Assembly: GCF_009914755.1 (NCBI RefSeq) | Contig: NC_060929.1 | Strand: one strand, 5' to 3' | Length of the DNA stretch: 64,000 bases | DNA from: the human T2T-CHM13v2.0 reference genome, Homo sapiens | Part shown: piece after piece, positions 57,062-64,000 of the stretch | How positions within the stretch are numbered: the stretch's first letter is position 1 | Layout of the letters: the number at the start of each line of letters is the position of its first letter | The notes under the pieces: generated by a model | Told to the model about the DNA's origin: nothing | What the model saw: only the letters and a program-made list of their open reading frames with translations | Databases searched by the model: none | Position numbers and translations under genes: made by a program

Positions 57062-57714
57062 GTGACGGTGTGATTGTACTGTCTTCACCTTCCTGGTGCT
57101 CAGCTGCACTCCATTATGCTCTCCCCAAGTGTTCCTGGGTTGCTCCACAGGCTTTTCCCATCCCACAGGACCACTCCTTCCCCCAGGTGAGCCGCGCGTG
57201 GCTTCCCCTTCCCGGTGAGGCTCTCAGTGGGGATAAGGAGAAAGACAGTGTTCCTTAGAAAACTGGCATCCCGCCATGATGTTGTTTATCTTTGGGCTTG
57301 CAGGGTCCTCTGTACAGTGGCTCCGAAACCTGGGGCCATCCAGGACTGCGGAATCAGGATTTCTGGAGATGCAAATGATTTTTTAAACAATCAGCCCTTT
57401 GAAGCCCACAGCAGCTTATCCTGCCCTTCTTGTCCAACTTCATCATCATCTGCCAGGAATCCCCAGGAACTGACTTTAGGGTCACATGGGCCAGTTTGCC
57501 ATCTCTAGCGCCTGCCATGCCAAATCCTACGCTTCCAGTCATGGCTTTTCTCCACTTGAGAAAGTCCTCACTCTTGTCCGACTTGATCTCCACCACCAGT
57601 GGCCTTTGGAGCCCATTGTGTCCCCCAGCTCCCTCTTGCCTGCTTCAGCTCCCCTGTACATCCTCCTTTCTGAGTTCTGTTAGCTCCTTTGGGCAGGGCC
57701 CTACAGATTAGCTC

Positions 57715-58900
<1,186 letters not shown>

Positions 58901-59364
58901 GTTTGCTAATTTCCTGCTTGTAAGTTTCCTTTGGATGAAAGCAGGATCCATGCCTCATAATGAGGTATACCCCTAGCAGGGACCTGGGTCCCAGCTGGTG
59001 CTGCATTAAATACCAGGGACATGAGCAGCCAGGACTGTGGATCGGTAACACTGAGCCTGCCCCCCAGTTCCTTGGCATCAGCATCCTGGGAGAGGTGGTT
59101 TGGGTGCTCTTGAGGCATGAGATTTTTGTGAGGGTGGCCTTTCTGCATCACTCAGCTGTCATCAGGTAGTTAAGATGCCGCCTCTGCCTCTTTGAAGCTG
59201 GGCTGGGGGAGGAGGTGGGAACAGAATCCAGAAGTTCAACTGCCTAACTCCTCCCTTTCCAAGTTTAACCATCTTTGAGGGAGGATTTCTCACTGTTCCC
59301 TGCACCCCAATGCTTCTCTGCCTTTGTACATACTCTCCTCATTTTCTCTCGAGCAGATTTCTCT

Positions 59365-60060
<696 letters not shown>

Positions 60061-60715
60061 TGAGCAGGTTTCTCTTGATTTTCTTATTTACTTGTCAAGA
60101 TATCACCCCTTCTTTGAAGCCTGTTTCAAATACTATTTCTTAGATATGGTTTTCCTGATGTCTCAGCCAGATGTGGTTGCTTCCTCCTCTGAACCCCATA
60201 GTGGTTGGTGCCTTTCTTATGCCAACATCTTCTCAACGATCATACCCAGTCTTCTGAGCTGAAATGCTCACAGTGAAAGCCATGGGCCTTAGTTATCCTT
60301 GAACCCCTCCTCCAAGGCCAGCACAGCCTCTTGACCCTAGTAGGCACTTGATGATTATTATTTGAATTAAAACGGACTTTCCTTATGATTGGTATTTTCA
60401 GCAGCTGCTGTAGGACACTTGTCTCCTGAAGGAAATTTTGATTAGAAATCAAACAATTAAATGTCTATGAGGTATCAGGTGGATAACATAAATAAATGAA
60501 GTGAGATAAATATAAGAAAAATTTTTATAGAGGTACCATTGTAAGACAGATTTCACTTTCTTCATAACGCTCTTTAAGCAAAAGCACAAGACAAAAGCAT
60601 ACGTGCATGATGAGGGGCACGGATGCAGGTTTTCTATGCCAGGAGGCAATAGGGAGTGGTGGAGACTGGGGTAAATAAGAGAGCCTGTGCCCCATTCATT
60701 CATCTAAAGTTGCCA

Positions 60716-60986
60716 GCAGGGCGGATCACTTTAGGTCACGAGTTCAAGACCAGCCTAGCCAACATGGCAAAACCCTATCTCTACAAATACAAAAATTAGC
60801 TGGGCATAGTGGCACGCACCTGTAGTCTCAGCTACTCAGGAGGCTGAGGCACGAGAATTGCTTGAATCCAGGGAGGTGGAGGTTGCAGTGGGCTGAGGTT
60901 GCACTACTGCATTCCAGCCTGGGCAACAGAGTGAGACTCTGTCTCAAATAAATAAATAAATAAATAAATAAACAAACAAACAAACA
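60716..60986 (+). mobile_element. 5'-truncated AluS
   Basis: Starts near gggcggatcac; (TAAA)n(CAAA)n tail. Confidence 0.93.
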
Positions 60987-62019
60987 GCGAAGTTTGGCTC
61001 CAGATAACCCACAGTATTGCTGGATAATAGATTTTTCGAGAGAGGCTGCAAATTAAGTCTTTTTGCGTGGACATCCTGATTTCTAGATGTTAGCAAGTGA
61101 TTCCATTCTTTTCTTTTCAGGCAGCATCACTGGGAAAGCCCTGTTACCAGTTTGAGACCTCACAGAGGTGTCAGGCCTTCTCCCGCTGAGGAAGATAAAT
61201 AAACTTATTTCAAAATCTCCAGGACATCTAGATGCTTCTCCTACAAGGAGGATGTCTGCATCTTGTTTTTATTCTCCAGCATTAGCATCCCATTGTTCTG
61301 CTTCCCTCTGAGTAAGAACCCCAGGGTTACTATCATTATTGTAAGCCCGAATCCCAGCTTCATGTGGCATAAATGCTTCTCTAGTTTGCCTTGAACTCTG
61401 TATCACAGGCTTTTTCTTTTCCTCCAGGAGTGGTTTAAATGGAGGCTGCAGCCTTCTGTAAAGTATAATTGAGTTTAAATTGTAGGTTTAATAATAATGA
61501 TGTTGGGCTCAACGTGGTGCCTTGCAGCCTCTGCCTGCAGCCCTTGGCAACCAGTCACTCATTGATCCTCGCGCCCTCTTCAGGAGGGGACAGCTGAGGG
61601 ACCTGTGCACCCCCACCCCATCCTGATATGGAACCACAGGGATGAGAGATCAGATGCCCCCCTGTAGCCATGGGCCGTCGGAGGAGAGGGCGGATGATGG
61701 GCATCCCTTTGTGCCCCAGGCATGAAGGGTCTGAGGCTGAATTTTCGAGGCTCTCGGTTGTCTTTTTCCTCTCCTTCACCTTTGGGTCTCCCCACGGCTC
61801 ATTAGGGATTCTATTGGAAGAGACGCAAGGAACTCAAATTCCACAATTTGGTTTCTGTGGAGAAGGTTTAATTAGGAGGGTGTATTAACTTAATTGGCTA
61901 TCATCAGGCTTCCAGCTTCTTTGTGTATTTTAAGTAATTTTCTCTCCTTTTTTCTTACAGCCAGTAGAGCATGCCTTTAAAAGATTAAGTCTTTTCTTTG
62001 GTCTCCTTGAGTAAAAAAA

Positions 62020-62190
62020 GCTCTGGTTCAGAAGTCAGAGAGCCTGAATTTTGATTGTGACTCTTTCTGGAAAGATCTGTGTATACTTAGATCAGATACT
62101 CACTCACTTCTCCTGGCCTCATTTCCACACTGGCTAGATAAGTAGGTTAAATTACAGGACCACGAAAGTCCCTTCCGGTGCTTGCAATGC
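62020..62190 (+). mobile_element. MIR3/MIRc relic
   Basis: agaagtcagagagcctgaatttt...ggcctcatttcc...aagtcccttcc. Confidence 0.55.
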
Positions 62191-64000
62191 ATAACCTAAG
62201 TGTTTCTGTGAAATGACATGAAACTCCTCCTAGAACAACATTTGGTGTGTTTCAAAAGTCAATAAAAATACCAATCTACATATGTTATACAACAGACTAA
62301 CTGAGGCTTGGACAAGTGAGGGCTTGTTCAGCAAAAACTCAACATTGATGTTATAAAAAGCGCAGAGAAGGATGTTGATGTTGTGTGATGTGGGGCATCC
62401 TGCTTGAAAATTACAGGCAGCACAGGCAATGACAGGGCAGCAGCAACCCGTGGCCGACTGATGGCCGCCTTGTGTAGGTTTCCCAGGGTCCACCCTCTGG
62501 ACAAACCGCAGATGCTCAGAACTCGTGGTCTGGTTCCCCACCGATGACAAACAGCTCCTAATTTTGCTGGTTTCTGAGCTGCCTTTGCTTCGACCCCTGT
62601 TTCTGGATGTTTTTTTGTTTCTGTTATGGATGGGAGCAAATTATAACATGGGAAGAATGGGTAGGGGTAAAAACAGAAACATTAAGCCTGAAGAGGTTTC
62701 TTTGGGCTTGGAAGTCGGCAATGGCCATTTTAACCGGCATTTCGGGGTGGGGGGCGGTGGCGCTTGCACAGTTTGAAGGTAGTTGGCGTAGGATATCCCA
62801 TTTTGTACAAATGTCACCTACAACAAAGCTAATCAGATGGCTGTATTCTGCTTCTCTCTCTCCTCGAATGAGTACGCTTTGTTCCTGGAGGCTCCAACTC
62901 CACGCATCAGTAAACGTTAGCTATCTAGATCACTTAATTTTTTTTTAATCTTTAGGTGGTGTGTCTTTTTTTTTTTTTTTGCAGCTTTTGTTTCCTCAAA
63001 GTAAACATCTTTAAAAAGGACTGAATCTAACATAAGTAATAGATTCATTGATAAGGGAAAACATGCCCCTCTTTTCCTGAAACAAAATTTGCTCATCTCT
63101 CTGTGAAATGGAATAAAAGCTTCTAAATGGCAGCTATTAACAGCTGATGAACGTGGCCTGGCTGGGCTATGTCATGAGTGGGCAGGAGAGAGGAGGAGCG
63201 GGGCCAAGCAGCGGAGTAAAAGGCTATGTATTTACTGCTCTTAAGAGTTAGACGTGGCCTTGGCAATAGACAACAGCCCTCATTGACTCCAACTCCTAGT
63301 GTTATTGGGTCTCGGTATTTGCTACAGAAAACTGCCTTCAGATGTCTTTAAAAGGCTTGAAAATGTGCTGACCACTGATGTGTGAAGGGCTGCAATTTAG
63401 ACCTCCAGAAATGCCTGGCCTGTAGAGGAATGGGACACCCGAAAGGTCAGTCATGATGAGGAAGGCAAGGACAGCACTCAGAAAGGATGGAACGGGGAAA
63501 CGCAGAAGCCCCGGCCCCTCCAGGACCCGGGGGTGCCTGTGCCTGGCTCCAGGTCATGCACTCACCTCTAACATAAGAGATGCTTGAGATGCGGCCTGGA
63601 GTGAAGGTGGCTTAGAAAACGTCAGACTTTTCCTAAAGGCCAGTGTGCACTCAGAGAAAGATCCAGAAGCTGTCTTCTCTCTGAGGATAAGGACCATTTC
63701 TAGTTTGTTCAGCACCACATTCCCAGCACTACCAATGCGTATTCTTATTCATTCATATTTGTGAGTAATTAAATAAAAGGAAGGGATAGAGGAGCTTGGC
63801 AAGACCTCCTAGCAGCACTCATCAGCCATGTCCTTGGGCCCACAAGAAGTCCTGTGGCCACTGTGGGCCTGTGGCTGGGGGAGCTATGGGGACACTCTAG
63901 TGCTTGGTGGATACCAGACCTCCTCTGGATACTCAGAGCAGAAAGAGAATGGATTATAGGATCCTGGGCACCCCACAGAGTGAACAGGGGGATGAACATA

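Overview
This is primate (human-like) non-coding genomic DNA, intergenic or intronic, not microbial. I found no intact protein-coding exon, RNA gene or CRISPR array; almost all listed ORFs are Alu-, L1-, LTR- or chance-derived. About 49 Alu copies or fragments (roughly a fifth of the window) sit among L1 3' ends, L2/MIR relics, MaLR/ERV solo LTRs and DNA transposons. The two clearly identifiable gene relics are a 5'-truncated processed pseudogene of SRSF10 (about 29774-33237, minus strand, four later Alu insertions) and a full-length decayed HSMAR2 mariner (46880-48492, AluY inside). The most unusual item is a ~64-nt poly(A)-tailed, TSD-flanked insert (2120-2533) that appears to match just the R region of a MER41 LTR, i.e. 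a possible LTR-derived SINE-like retrocopy. All repeat names and subfamilies were assigned by eye from remembered consensus sequences and need RepeatMasker/Dfam confirmation. The locus is not identified.
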